The notes under the pieces: model-generated
The model's input: only the letters and a program-made list of their open reading frames with translations
Database searches by the model: none
What the model was told of the DNA's origin: nothing
Translations under genes and position numbers: made by a program
Origin: an uncultured archaeon
GTDB taxonomy: Archaea; Asgardarchaeota; Lokiarchaeia; Sigyniarchaeales; SOKP01
Length of the DNA stretch: 39,163 bases
Direction: 5' to 3'
NCBI GenBank assembly: GCA_964447495.1
Contig: CAYUTF010000023.1
Span: 1-39,163, forward strand
Shown: positions 1-9,244 of the stretch, one piece after another
Layout: each line of letters begins with the position of its first letter
Position numbering within the stretch: the first letter of the stretch is position 1

Positions 1-56
1 AAATCTAAAATATTTAAAATCCCTTGGTAACATTTAGAACATTTAACTTCTACCAT
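1..56 (-). CDS. 5' end of a small CxxC protein running off the window edge (MVEVKCSKCYQGILNILD...)
   Basis: Manual translation from ATG at 56; CxxC motif; AT-rich upstream region. Only 18 codons visible. Confidence 0.4.
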   Translation of the reverse strand, partial: MVEVKCSKCYQGILNILD

Positions 57-259
57 GAATGCTGTACACTTTTTCTTTTTAAAATTATTTAATAATTCAT
101 GTTATTTATTATGTTTTATCAAAAGAATTTACTGGAACCATCTATCTGTAATTAAATAATAACCTTTCTTAAATATTTGTGCTACAAATTGTATTAACCT
201 AAATAAATAATATTATCTTTAATTTTAATTATTGACTATAAATATTATGTTGTGATTTC

Positions 260-1270
260 TTATTTATCTAATTTCGTCTTTGCTTTTAGTTGTTCTTTTA
301 ATTTCTCTTTTTCTTCTTTAAGTTCTTCAATCTTTTTTTCTCGCTTTTTTATTTTTTTAGCAGATATAGTAAAACCTTGCAAACTCAAGAGTTTTTTGAC
401 AAAGATTATAGAAGCTAAAATAATCCCTATTAAATAGAAAATCTCCGCAGTCCAATAATAATTGGAGATATTAGCATAAATTGATAAGTTTAAAAAGGGA
501 AAGATCGAAGTTATAATTCCAATAAATATCAAAGCGAGAAGTAATGTTATTTTTTCATAATTTTTTATCTTAATTCTGAAAAAGATATAAATTCTCAACC
601 AAAAAATAATACAGATAAATGTAATTGGTGTAAATATAATAGAGCCTATTGCTATTATCAACAAAAAATTTAAAGCAAATTTTTTCCTCCATAAATCTAG
701 AATTTCCTTAACGGTCATTTGATCTTGAACTTGTGCGCTGGCAAATTCTTTTCTAAGTTCAAAATACTTTTTTTTAATTCCTCTTGCTACTTGCTTGGCA
801 CTTTTTTTCCACCAACTTAATTTTCCTAATTCTACAGCTTCCTCTATTTGGTCTTTGATAATAGGTAAAATATACAAGCTCATTAATAAAGAGAGTATAC
901 CATATAGATATAATAGTAAATCAAACCAGAACCAAAATCCTGTCTGAGTTATGATAGTCCTTCTAATATAACTTAGAATGACTTTATATGATGCATACCC
1001 GATTAAAATTAAAGGAATCACACCTTGGATTATGATAAAAATATTCAGTTCTTTCTTTCTAAATTTATCTTTGAACTTCTTTAATATAATAAGAAAGATA
1101 TTCGCAAGGCTCAATAAAATTCCAAATCCTGATAAAAATTTAAGCGCCCAAAAGAAAACTAATAAAGAAACATCTAAGTAAATTAAACTAAAAGTGAAAT
1201 TTAATATCATGAAAAGAAATAAAACTGAAAAAGCTATGAAATATCCAATGTTATATCGCTTTTCATTCAT
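260..1270 (-). CDS. Hypothetical multi-pass membrane protein with Lys/Glu-rich C-terminal coil
   Basis: ORF 260..1300; several hydrophobic helices; probable start at second Met (MNEKRY, 1270). Confidence 0.75.
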   Translation of the reverse strand: MNEKRYNIGYFIAFSVLFLFMILNFTFSLIYLDVSLLVFFWALKFLSGFGILLSLANIFLIILKKFKDKFRKKELNIFIIIQGVIPLILIGYASYKVILSYIRRTIITQTGFWFWFDLLLYLYGILSLLMSLYILPIIKDQIEEAVELGKLSWWKKSAKQVARGIKKKYFELRKEFASAQVQDQMTVKEILDLWRKKFALNFLLIIAIGSIIFTPITFICIIFWLRIYIFFRIKIKNYEKITLLLALIFIGIITSIFPFLNLSIYANISNYYWTAEIFYLIGIILASIIFVKKLLSLQGFTISAKKIKKREKKIEELKEEKEKLKEQLKAKTKLDK

Positions 1271-1570
1271 GATTGTCTCTCTTATGGATATTAAACACAT
1301 TTATACATTTCATTTGTTAATTAATTTATAAAAAGATTTTTATTGGTTATAGAAATGAAATCAAATTTGAATCTTATTTTATTAAATGTTTACTGATATT
1401 TAAGATTTTTCATAAATGAGTTAGTAAATAAGGATTAAGGAAATAAAACTGAAAAAAGAAGATATAAAACATTGAAAATTCGAGGCCTAATAAGATTGAA
1501 ATAATTTGGTTCTATTTTTTTATTAAAAAAAAATTAATATAGTTATTTAAAATTATATTAAAAATTAGTT

Positions 1571-3076
1571 TCATTTCTTATCCTTACGTTTTTCTTTTTT
1601 CAAAGATCTCTTCAATCGCCAAGGGTAAAAAGATATTCCAGGTCGTAAAATCACTTTAGATTTTCCTAACTTAAAAAAATTCTTCACCGATTTTGTTGTT
1701 TCTAATAAAAATTCATTTCTAATAATTTCATTTTTAACATCTCCATCTTCCTTTACATATAGTAAACGATGTAAAGCAAAAACACCTACTATTAATGCGA
1801 GTATAAAAAGGAAATCTAACCCCTGTAAATTTAAAATTTGGATGCTTCCACTAATATTTAGAGATGTCCAATCGAGAGTCCAATTAAATTTAGAATCTTC
1901 AAGTAAATTGGTCAATAGGCCCCCAATTAGAGGAGCTATTCCTAAAGCGATTGAAGTGAACAAGGTTGTAACTGCAAGATACCAATTAGCCCTTCCTTTT
2001 GGAGCTAATTTTAAACAAATATTATTTAATGAGAGGGTAATCCCTGCTAAAGAAACACCCATAAAAATGTGAATGAAAATTAAAAGTGGGAAAGTTAACC
2101 AATATACTCCTGGAAGTGATGTGTAGACCCAAGCAAAAATACATACTAAGAATAATGGACATGTAACACTTAACACAGATTTATTACTATACCTATCAGA
2201 AAGACTACCCCATATTTTTAAAAATAATATATTTACTATTTGGCTTAATACTATGAGAAAAATGACCAAAGTCAAGCTTAAGTTTAACTTTTCTAGCATA
2301 TAAACCGTAAAAAAAGGTGTTGTAGACCCAATAACAAAATACCACAAAAATAGAAAGATTATTAGGTTTTTATATGCTTTATCTCGATAAGGTTCAAAAA
2401 TAGATTGAAGAAATCTTGGTTTTATCTCTAAATTGATCATGGAAGGCTCTGACACTTTTGAGATGTAATAGACACTAATAATTCCAAAAATAAATCCTAA
2501 AAAAAAAAGAATGGAATAGCTTAGTTCTTGATAAATTACTAAATTTTTATTTCAAGTATCGATAAATATTCCAGCTAATAGATTAGTCAAGGAGCCTATA
2601 AGTGTTGATAAGAAAATTCTTCTGGAATAGAATTTTCCAAGCATCTTGTGAGGAATCAAGTCGTACATCCAAAAGTTCCAAGCTGTATGACCTATTGAGG
2701 CAAAAATTGATTGCATAATTAAAAAAAGTATCAAAAAAAGAAATCTAAATTCAAATTCAAAAAGAAATGGAATGAATCCTATAACTAAAAGGGAAAATCT
2801 ATATAAGACTAAAAAGAAAACACTAATTTTTCGCCTATTACGTACTTTTTCAATTAAAAAAATCGTTGGTAATTGAAAGAAATTACATAAAGTTGGAATT
2901 GCTCCAAGAAGCCCTATTGTAAAAATATTTGCTCCAAATATTAAAGCAAAAGAAATTAGTATCGGCCCAGTCGTTAGATTTACCATAATCTGGGAAATAT
3001 AGCCGTCTTTAATTATATTTTTAAAAGATGATTGAAGGTCCTCTTTTGTTAATGTTTCTTTAGTGGGAAAAATCAT
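1571..3076 (-). pseudogene. MFS transporter interrupted by a single in-frame TGA (2552-2554)
   Basis: ORFs 2552..3076 and 1571..2455 share a frame; the 32 codons between them read NKNLVIYQELSYSILFFLGFIFGIISVYYISK (a TM helix). MFS motif A-like WGSLSDRYSNK in the C-half. Confidence 0.8.
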
Positions 3077-3135
3077 TTTATTGAAATTCTATATTTATAA
3101 TTAGTAAAATAGATATAGTATCAGTATTGTCTTTT

Positions 3136-4239
3136 TTAATAGATCGATATTTGCTGTTCATGCCCTAAATTAACCAATTCTTCGCTAGTTATTTTACTTT
3201 TGATATATTCTTCTAAATTTAATCCATTTATTGTTCTCCCTATACTCTTGAAATTCATTCCGCATAATATTGAAGATAGGGTTATTATTGAATCAATAAT
3301 TGGGGTATTAATAGCTAAAAATTCAGCTAAAGAGGCAATTGGAACTAATCCTGTTGGTATATCTTCGGTTAAATATCTAGTAATTAGCTTTTTAGGAGCA
3401 TTGATGTTATTGTATGCCATTATACCTTGAATGGAATCATAGATACATTTTCCTTTCACACCATACGTGTTATTTGCCCATTTGTTGAAACTAAACTGTT
3501 TTAAACCCATTAATTGCATTATTTTATTAATTTCTAATTGTAGTCCCTCAAGCACTTCACATGTTCTTTTGGAAGCACCTTCTGAATAAAATTTAAACTC
3601 TTTGCCATTATCCATCATCCCAGAATTTAACACTGAAAGAGTAGGATGAAGAAACATTCCTATATTTCTTAAAGTCATTCCAAGATAATCTTTAGCAGGT
3701 TCTAGCTGTGGAAATACATCTTTTAATGTATCATAAATGAAAAACGTATATTTTTCGGGGTAAGCTGAAAATTCTACATAATCTTTGATTTTTAGAATTT
3801 GGACTCTATTTTTTTTCAATTGCCTTGATGTAAATAGCAATGTCTGAGTTTCAGCAATAAAAACGGGAGGATTTCCAATTTGTTCTTTTATTGTTTTGTA
3901 AAACTCAATGGCTCCAAATGTTCTTCCCGGATTTAATAAGATAATTTGATCTTTTGTTAAAAAGGGGGCGATTTTTTGAGCTATAATTTTATGAGCAGAG
4001 GCAGGAGTCACAACTAATATGACATCCGCTTTTTTTACGGCAATATCTAACCTTTGTGTGATAATGTTTAAGGGAAAAAATCCTTTTAATTCACCTTTAG
4101 ATTTAATCCCATCTTTTTTTTTAATAGAAGCAATTCTTGAAAAAGATCTGTTATATAAGTTCACAGGATGTCCCTTGGAAGATAAATATGCTGCAAAGGC
4201 ACGACCTCCATTTCCTGCTCCAATTATACAGAATTTCAT
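3136..4239 (-). CDS. NAD/NADP-dependent opine (octopine/nopaline) dehydrogenase family protein, copy 1
   Basis: Rossmann IIGAGNGG, LNPGRTFG, AETQTL, HP, FYSEG, RYLTEDIPTGLVP motifs; SD AGGTGA 7 nt before ATG; 4-nt overlap with upstream gene. Confidence 0.88.
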   Translation of the reverse strand: MKFCIIGAGNGGRAFAAYLSSKGHPVNLYNRSFSRIASIKKKDGIKSKGELKGFFPLNIITQRLDIAVKKADVILVVTPASAHKIIAQKIAPFLTKDQIILLNPGRTFGAIEFYKTIKEQIGNPPVFIAETQTLLFTSRQLKKNRVQILKIKDYVEFSAYPEKYTFFIYDTLKDVFPQLEPAKDYLGMTLRNIGMFLHPTLSVLNSGMMDNGKEFKFYSEGASKRTCEVLEGLQLEINKIMQLMGLKQFSFNKWANNTYGVKGKCIYDSIQGIMAYNNINAPKKLITRYLTEDIPTGLVPIASLAEFLAINTPIIDSIITLSSILCGMNFKSIGRTINGLNLEEYIKSKITSEELVNLGHEQQISIY

Positions 4240-5978
4240 TTATTACTCACCTGACTAATAACTTCATTTTTAGTATTAGATGAATTAAAAATATTAATTT
4301 CATTATTTATATTGTCTAGATCTCTTATTCTTTCGATTTCTGCGTAAATTTTATCTCGTGTTGGATCCCATGAATAACATGCTCCTTTAACGATCTTCGT
4401 TTGGATTTTCCCGTTAGCAAACTTACTGTTTTTTAAATGTGGTGCATCAAAAATTCCATACTTTACAAGTCTATGTAGGACATTTGGATTAATGTATGGA
4501 TCTTGAGCTTTTTCTGAATTTAATGATAAATTTGGAATTAAATATATAATTTCTTTTGCTTGTTTAATTAATTGATCTTTCCTTCTTAGAATACTCTCAG
4601 TTATGAAATCTATATTACTAGAAAGAAATTTATTAATCACTTGACTTACGATTTTACAACTTTCAACAATATCAGAAGGAAATGCTGCGTGGTCAGCTTC
4701 TGAATAGCTTACAATATGGACAATCTCAGGTTTAAGAGCTAATTGAATCATAGTGGCTGCTGCTAATTGTCCTTTTGCTTTTTCTAAATCTAAAGGAAAG
4801 CTAGCTAAACCTGTTCTTACTTGTTTGATGATTGAGAATTTATCATCTGATAACGTATGAAGTAGTTCATTTTTCGCTAACATTTTGGCTAAATCCATAT
4901 CAAATGAAAGAGACGGAGGCGTATTGAACATATATTGAGCTATAAAATGCCTTACGCCTAACTTTTTTGCTATAATACCACAGAGATACATATCTGCTAC
5001 AGCGATAGCATCAGAAGAATCACGTAAACTCCAATGGTGTGGATCATTGATTTCAACAGGTATATTATTTGATGCATGCCATTTTATTGCTTCCAAATGT
5101 TGTTTAATTGACTCTTTTAGAGGTAAAGGGCCTCTCCCATCCATTTGATTAAACCAGAATATCGGTATTGCTGCCCAAGCATTTTTAATGGTATCTAAAT
5201 AGAGTTTTCCCATTTTTATGAAATCCCTCGTACCAGCATAAATTCGAAGAAGGGGAAAATTACCTCTCATTCTTGCTTTGTCTAAAAGATGAAAATCTCT
5301 CTTAGACCTCAACGGAACACCTCCGGCACCATAATGATCTCTATTTTGAACTTCAGGATGAAAATAATTTGATTGTGTGTTTTGATCTGGAGCAATCGAA
5401 ATTACATCTAAGACTTTGGCTTCTGCTATCTTTTTTATTCCATTTAATGTTTCATTTAAGTTAGGTAATCCAAAGTGAGCTCGTATAATGGGATATGGTT
5501 TTTTCCATCTAATTCGAGTAATTAAATCCATTGGAATTTTAAGATGGTCTTTAGAGAACTCTGCTTCATTTCTCAAAATGGAAATAATCTCATATTTATC
5601 TTCACCTCCAATAAAGTAGTGATCAAATTTCCCATAGTCCTTAGCAATTTTAACCACTTCAGGTGTACCGGCGAAAAACAGTTTCTCGGGCTTTTTATTT
5701 AAAGTATGATATGTATTAAAAAATTTCTCTAATAATGGGATAACTGTTTTTGGAGTTAGCCTATAACTAAGTCCAACTATAACTGGATTTAATTCCTTAA
5801 TTTTACTAATAATTTCAGAAATAGGAATTGCTGGACCTAAAAAATAGCATTTATAGCCAAGGTGCTTAGCAATTTGTAAAAAGTTATAAGTACCTGCAAC
5901 GTGAACACATTGACCTATACATGCAGTCAGTATTACTTTATCCTTTTGTCTTTTTAACTTGCTTTTTATTTTTTCCAT
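4236..5978 (-). CDS. Cobalamin (B12)-binding domain protein with C-terminal mutase-like (GlmE/aminomutase-type) barrel, copy 1
   Basis: N-terminal CVHVAG (DxHxxG-like) ... LGPA ... VGLSY B12-binding Rossmann domain followed by ~430-aa domain. Start at 5978 chosen by alignment with copy 2 and GAGGT SD. Confidence 0.75.
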   Translation of the reverse strand: MEKIKSKLKRQKDKVILTACIGQCVHVAGTYNFLQIAKHLGYKCYFLGPAIPISEIISKIKELNPVIVGLSYRLTPKTVIPLLEKFFNTYHTLNKKPEKLFFAGTPEVVKIAKDYGKFDHYFIGGEDKYEIISILRNEAEFSKDHLKIPMDLITRIRWKKPYPIIRAHFGLPNLNETLNGIKKIAEAKVLDVISIAPDQNTQSNYFHPEVQNRDHYGAGGVPLRSKRDFHLLDKARMRGNFPLLRIYAGTRDFIKMGKLYLDTIKNAWAAIPIFWFNQMDGRGPLPLKESIKQHLEAIKWHASNNIPVEINDPHHWSLRDSSDAIAVADMYLCGIIAKKLGVRHFIAQYMFNTPPSLSFDMDLAKMLAKNELLHTLSDDKFSIIKQVRTGLASFPLDLEKAKGQLAAATMIQLALKPEIVHIVSYSEADHAAFPSDIVESCKIVSQVINKFLSSNIDFITESILRRKDQLIKQAKEIIYLIPNLSLNSEKAQDPYINPNVLHRLVKYGIFDAPHLKNSKFANGKIQTKIVKGACYSWDPTRDKIYAEIERIRDLDNINNEINIFNSSNTKNEVISQVSNK

Positions 5979-6250
5979 AAATATTATACCTCTCCTTAGA
6001 ACCATTTAAATCTATTAGAAATAATAGGAATATACAAATTATAGCTCTAATTTTAAGAGAATAACGATAACTATTCTATCATCTGTTTAGATTATAACCT
6101 AATTACTCATTTGAATACGTATGTTATATTCTTACTTAGACAGATTTTCTATACGTAGAAATTTATCGTATAACTTCTTTTAATCATTTATATTAAAAAA
6201 AATATATAAATGTTGGGTTCATTTAAATATGTAGGGTGTCAATTTTTGAC
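5979..6250 (-). promoter_or_regulatory. Conserved promoter/leader of B12-opine DH cassette, copy 1
   Basis: Block 6072-6134 matches 16801-16863 at 58/63; TATA-like TTTATATA near 6203-6210; palindrome GTCAA-TTT-TTGAC 6238-6250. Confidence 0.65.
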
Positions 6251-6323
6251 TCTACATATTTCGATATATAAAATTAAGTCATAATTGCAAAAATATTATT
6301 AGACTTTCTTGATGATAGAGATA

Positions 6324-6527
6324 TTATCTCTTATATTTTGATCTTTTAGCTCCAATAGAATCGGGTTGTCCACCAAAATCTCCTTTGATAATTCTTTTTT
6401 TATATAATTTTCTAAATCTTTCCCTAGGAATTGCTTTTTTGGTCGAATTTACTCCAGTTGATTGTACTTTAGGAGTTTGTTGTCTAACCTTTCCTGCTTT
6501 AGTCATTGAACCATGTGAACCAGGAAT
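6324..6527 (-). CDS. rps30e: 30S ribosomal protein eS30 (S30e), probable ATT start
   Basis: Extending 7 codons upstream of the track's Met gives (M)PGSHGSMTKAGKVRQQTPK, the eS30 signature; SD GAGGTGA 6 nt before ATT at 6527. Confidence 0.9.
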   Translation of the reverse strand: MPGSHGSMTKAGKVRQQTPKVQSTGVNSTKKAIPRERFRKLYKKRIIKGDFGGQPDSIGAKRSKYKR

Positions 6528-6587
6528 GTTTTATCACCTCTTAGATTTTATTTTTAATTTGTGTTTTTAGTTTGAAATTTATCAATT

Positions 6588-6758
6588 TTATATATGAATT
6601 TTCTCTTGATGCTCTATTTCCTTATTAAATATATAAGAATCTTCTATTTTTTCAGATATTACTTTTTTATAATTACAAAGATTACATACAAGGAATTTAT
6701 TTTTAATATCCTTGGAAGGGAGCATAATACTTCCGCATTTTTCACAAAATTCAAGCAT
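6588..6758 (-). CDS. 56-aa zinc-ribbon protein resembling the N-terminal ribbon of TFS/RpoM (Rpb9/C11 family)
   Basis: Manual translation MLEFCEKCGSIMLPSKDIKNKFLVCNLCNYKKVISEKIEDSYIFNKEIEHQEKIHI; SD GAGGTGA 6 nt upstream. Confidence 0.8.
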   Translation of the reverse strand: MLEFCEKCGSIMLPSKDIKNKFLVCNLCNYKKVISEKIEDSYIFNKEIEHQEKIHI

Positions 6759-6773
6759 CTATAATCACCTCTC

Positions 6774-6929
6774 TTAAGAATTGATTTTTTCATTACTTAT
6801 TATCATTAATATATTCACATTTGTGAAAATTAAAGTCAACTGGCAACACCAAATCTTCATTACTGCTTGTTGCATAGAAGATGCTATTCTAATTATTTCA
6901 TTGTTTTGACTTTCAATTTCTTCATTCAT
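6774..6929 (-). CDS. Small hypothetical protein (51 aa, MNEEIESQ...KIWCCQL...)
   Basis: SD GGCGGTGA 4 nt before ATG at 6929; closely followed by the next gene's SD, operon-like. Confidence 0.55.
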   Translation of the reverse strand: MNEEIESQNNEIIRIASSMQQAVMKIWCCQLTLIFTNVNILMIISNEKINS

Positions 6930-7156
6930 ATAATCACCGCCAAGATTTAATAGCTTTTTTAGAAAGAAATTCGAGATCATAAGTTAGTTTTAATCTTTAA
7001 TTGGACGACAATTTCTTCAGTTTTATTGTTATAAATTATTTTTAAGGATAATACATTTCTCTGAGAAATTAGTTTTTTATAATTTTATTATAAAAAATAA
7101 TTCCGTTATATCAATATCAAGTACTTATACTAGCAAAATCATAAGAAAAGTATTCA

Positions 7157-7672
7157 TCAATTTTGTTGACTTACTACTAAAACATCACAAGGAGCTTCAT
7201 TAACTACTTCTTGGGTAACTGATCCTGAGATTATTCGTTCAAATGTAGAGTGTTCTCCCTTAGTACCTAATACTATAAGATCAAAATTCTCCTCCCCTAT
7301 AATTTCCTTAATATAATCTTCAGGTTTTTGATTATCTATCAAACGAATCTCGATTTCTATTTTTTCTTTATCGAATAAGTCCTTGGTTTTCTTAAGTATT
7401 TTTTCTCCATGATATTTGTATTCTTCCTGAATTTTTCGATAATCTACCATAGGAACTGTATATCTTCCTCCAAATCCACTAGGAACCATAATTGGCATAT
7501 ATTTAGGGAATTTATGATGATCTATTGAATGAAACGCAACTATTTTGGGATAATTTTGGTCACTTATGACACTTTCTTTACTATTTCCATTTTTCACTAA
7601 GTCTAATATTTTTTTAGCAGCTTTAAAAGCAATCTCTGAATCGTCCATTGCAATTAGAATTTTGTTGTAAAT
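7157..7672 (-). CDS. Universal stress protein (UspA family), probable ATT start
   Basis: (M)YNKILIAMDDS and DLIVLGTKG...GSVTQEVVNEAPCDVLVV motifs; the track's GTG lies inside the SD GGAGGTGA, and ATT follows 5 nt later. Confidence 0.9.
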   Translation of the reverse strand: MYNKILIAMDDSEIAFKAAKKILDLVKNGNSKESVISDQNYPKIVAFHSIDHHKFPKYMPIMVPSGFGGRYTVPMVDYRKIQEEYKYHGEKILKKTKDLFDKEKIEIEIRLIDNQKPEDYIKEIIGEENFDLIVLGTKGEHSTFERIISGSVTQEVVNEAPCDVLVVSQQN

Positions 7673-7873
7673 AGCTTTCACCTCCTAATTTTCGTCATTT
7701 TGACATCTATACTATCATATACAAATGAATTATTATATTTAAATATTAACATTTTATAATATTATAATAGTATAATATTTTCTTATTATAATAAACAGAT
7801 TTAAATATTTTAACTCTATTATTTAATTAGATTTTGATAAAAGAAAAGTTATAAAATAAGTTGGGGAGTTTTA

Positions 7874-8227
7874 ATGGAAAATCTAAATTCATTGATGATT
7901 AAATTCTTAAAAGTCTTAAGCGATCCAGTTAGATTAAATATAATAGAATATCTAAATGATAATCCAAGCTCTGCAAGTAAAATCCAACAGGATTTAAGCT
8001 TAAGTCAAAGTTATACCTCTCATCAATTAAAGAAACTTACAGAGGTAGATATTTTAGGATATGAGAGATTAGGTAAAAATAAGACTTTTAAAATAAAGAA
8101 TAAGGGAATATATAGATTACTTTCGATGATAAAATCATATATTTTATATTTAGAAAAAGAAAAATTTAAAAGAATTAAATCTATTGAAGAATCCCATTCG
8201 ATTGCAGATTTTGAGAATTTATTTTGA
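7874..8227 (+). CDS. ArsR/SmtB-family winged-helix transcriptional regulator
   Basis: LKVLSDPVRLNII...LSQSYTSHQLKKL HTH pattern; divergent from UspA; no Cys metal site. Confidence 0.85.
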   Translation: MENLNSLMIKFLKVLSDPVRLNIIEYLNDNPSSASKIQQDLSLSQSYTSHQLKKLTEVDILGYERLGKNKTFKIKNKGIYRLLSMIKSYILYLEKEKFKRIKSIEESHSIADFENLF

Positions 8228-8595
8228 TTGTATATAAACATTTTTCATTTTAACTAAGCCTATAGCAGAGTAGGTAGATTTCGAAAGAAATAATTAAAAT
8301 TGAAGATTTAAACGGGGAATACAGCAAATCTTAGAACATTTTAATAAAAGATAATTTTATTAATTATTATATATTAGATATCGTAGAAATTTTTATGGTT
8401 TTTCTTATTATCAATGAAGAATTTAATAAAATAACTTAGTGTGTTTTGGTGAAAGATGTTTTTGATTTTTTAAATAATATATTTTAGGATTCTACCTAAT
8501 TTGTAATTTTAATTCGAGACATTATATTAAATTCTTTTAACATTTATCAAGTATTTCAATTTATTAAAAAAGTAAAATATAGAGGTGATTAATGG

Positions 8596-9243
8596 TTGAA
8601 TGTTAAAAATAAAAGCGAAATTGAGCTATTAAATGATGTTAATAAACAGAGAAAAAAATCTAGTACAATTGATAGTCCGTCTACGATATTAGATTTCTAT
8701 GAAACATTAGCACTAACAATTAAATCAGTTAGTTTACAATCAAAGACAAAAATTAAAAGAATATTTATAATAGGTAAAAATTTAAAACAAATTTATAGTT
8801 GCATAAATAAAGCATTTCCAAACGCCCAATATGTTTTCTCCGATAGTTCAGAGATCTTTTTAAAAGAATTTATTAAAGAGATTGATCCAAATCCTTCAGT
8901 TAGAATTAAAGCATTAGATATTTTTAATGGTTCTTTGCTAACAGATTTTTTTTTAGAATTTGGAAAATTTGATCTAATAATCTTATCGCGAATATTCACC
9001 GAATATGAAATACATAATACCAAAATAAGAAATTCTATTCGATTTCTATACAAGAATTTTTTAAATTTAAATGGTATGTTTAGTATTTTGGAAAATGAGA
9101 AGGACGGAAGTATAGATCTCGTAAATCTTTTAAAAAGGGTTAAATCTTTTAAAAAAATAATCAAGTCATACCAAAAAAAAGGTATATCCCTTCAATTTGT
9201 AATTTATAAAAAAAAGAACCGGATGAAATTATTTGGTGATTAA
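8596..9243 (+). CDS. Hypothetical protein, possibly degenerate class I SAM-methyltransferase fold
   Basis: SD GAGGTGA 7 nt before TTG; FDLIILSRIF and LNLNGMFSILE resemble MTase motifs, but the Gly-rich motif I is missing. Confidence 0.5.
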   Translation: MNVKNKSEIELLNDVNKQRKKSSTIDSPSTILDFYETLALTIKSVSLQSKTKIKRIFIIGKNLKQIYSCINKAFPNAQYVFSDSSEIFLKEFIKEIDPNPSVRIKALDIFNGSLLTDFFLEFGKFDLIILSRIFTEYEIHNTKIRNSIRFLYKNFLNLNGMFSILENEKDGSIDLVNLLKRVKSFKKIIKSYQKKGISLQFVIYKKKNRMKLFGD

Positions 9244-9244
9244 T

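Larger units (their letters stand above)
3136..6256 (-). repeat. Diverged direct repeat, copy 1 (upstream region + B12 protein + opine dehydrogenase)
   Basis: Nearly gap-free alignable with 13865-16985 in both CDSs and the upstream non-coding region. Confidence 0.9.

Noticed and set aside
2552-2554. TGA as selenocysteine in the MFS gene
   Set aside because: No redox/Cys-type context in a transporter loop, and no SECIS-like AUGA...GA hairpin recognised in the 3' region 1300-1570.
6087-6110. Leader TAG as a pyrrolysine-sensing codon
   Set aside because: No pyl genes or other amber-readthrough ORFs in the window; no support beyond the codon itself.
5979-6250. Known cobalamin, SAM, lysine or TPP riboswitch in the leader
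   Set aside because: Could not find their conserved consensus elements by eye; reported only as an unassigned conserved element.
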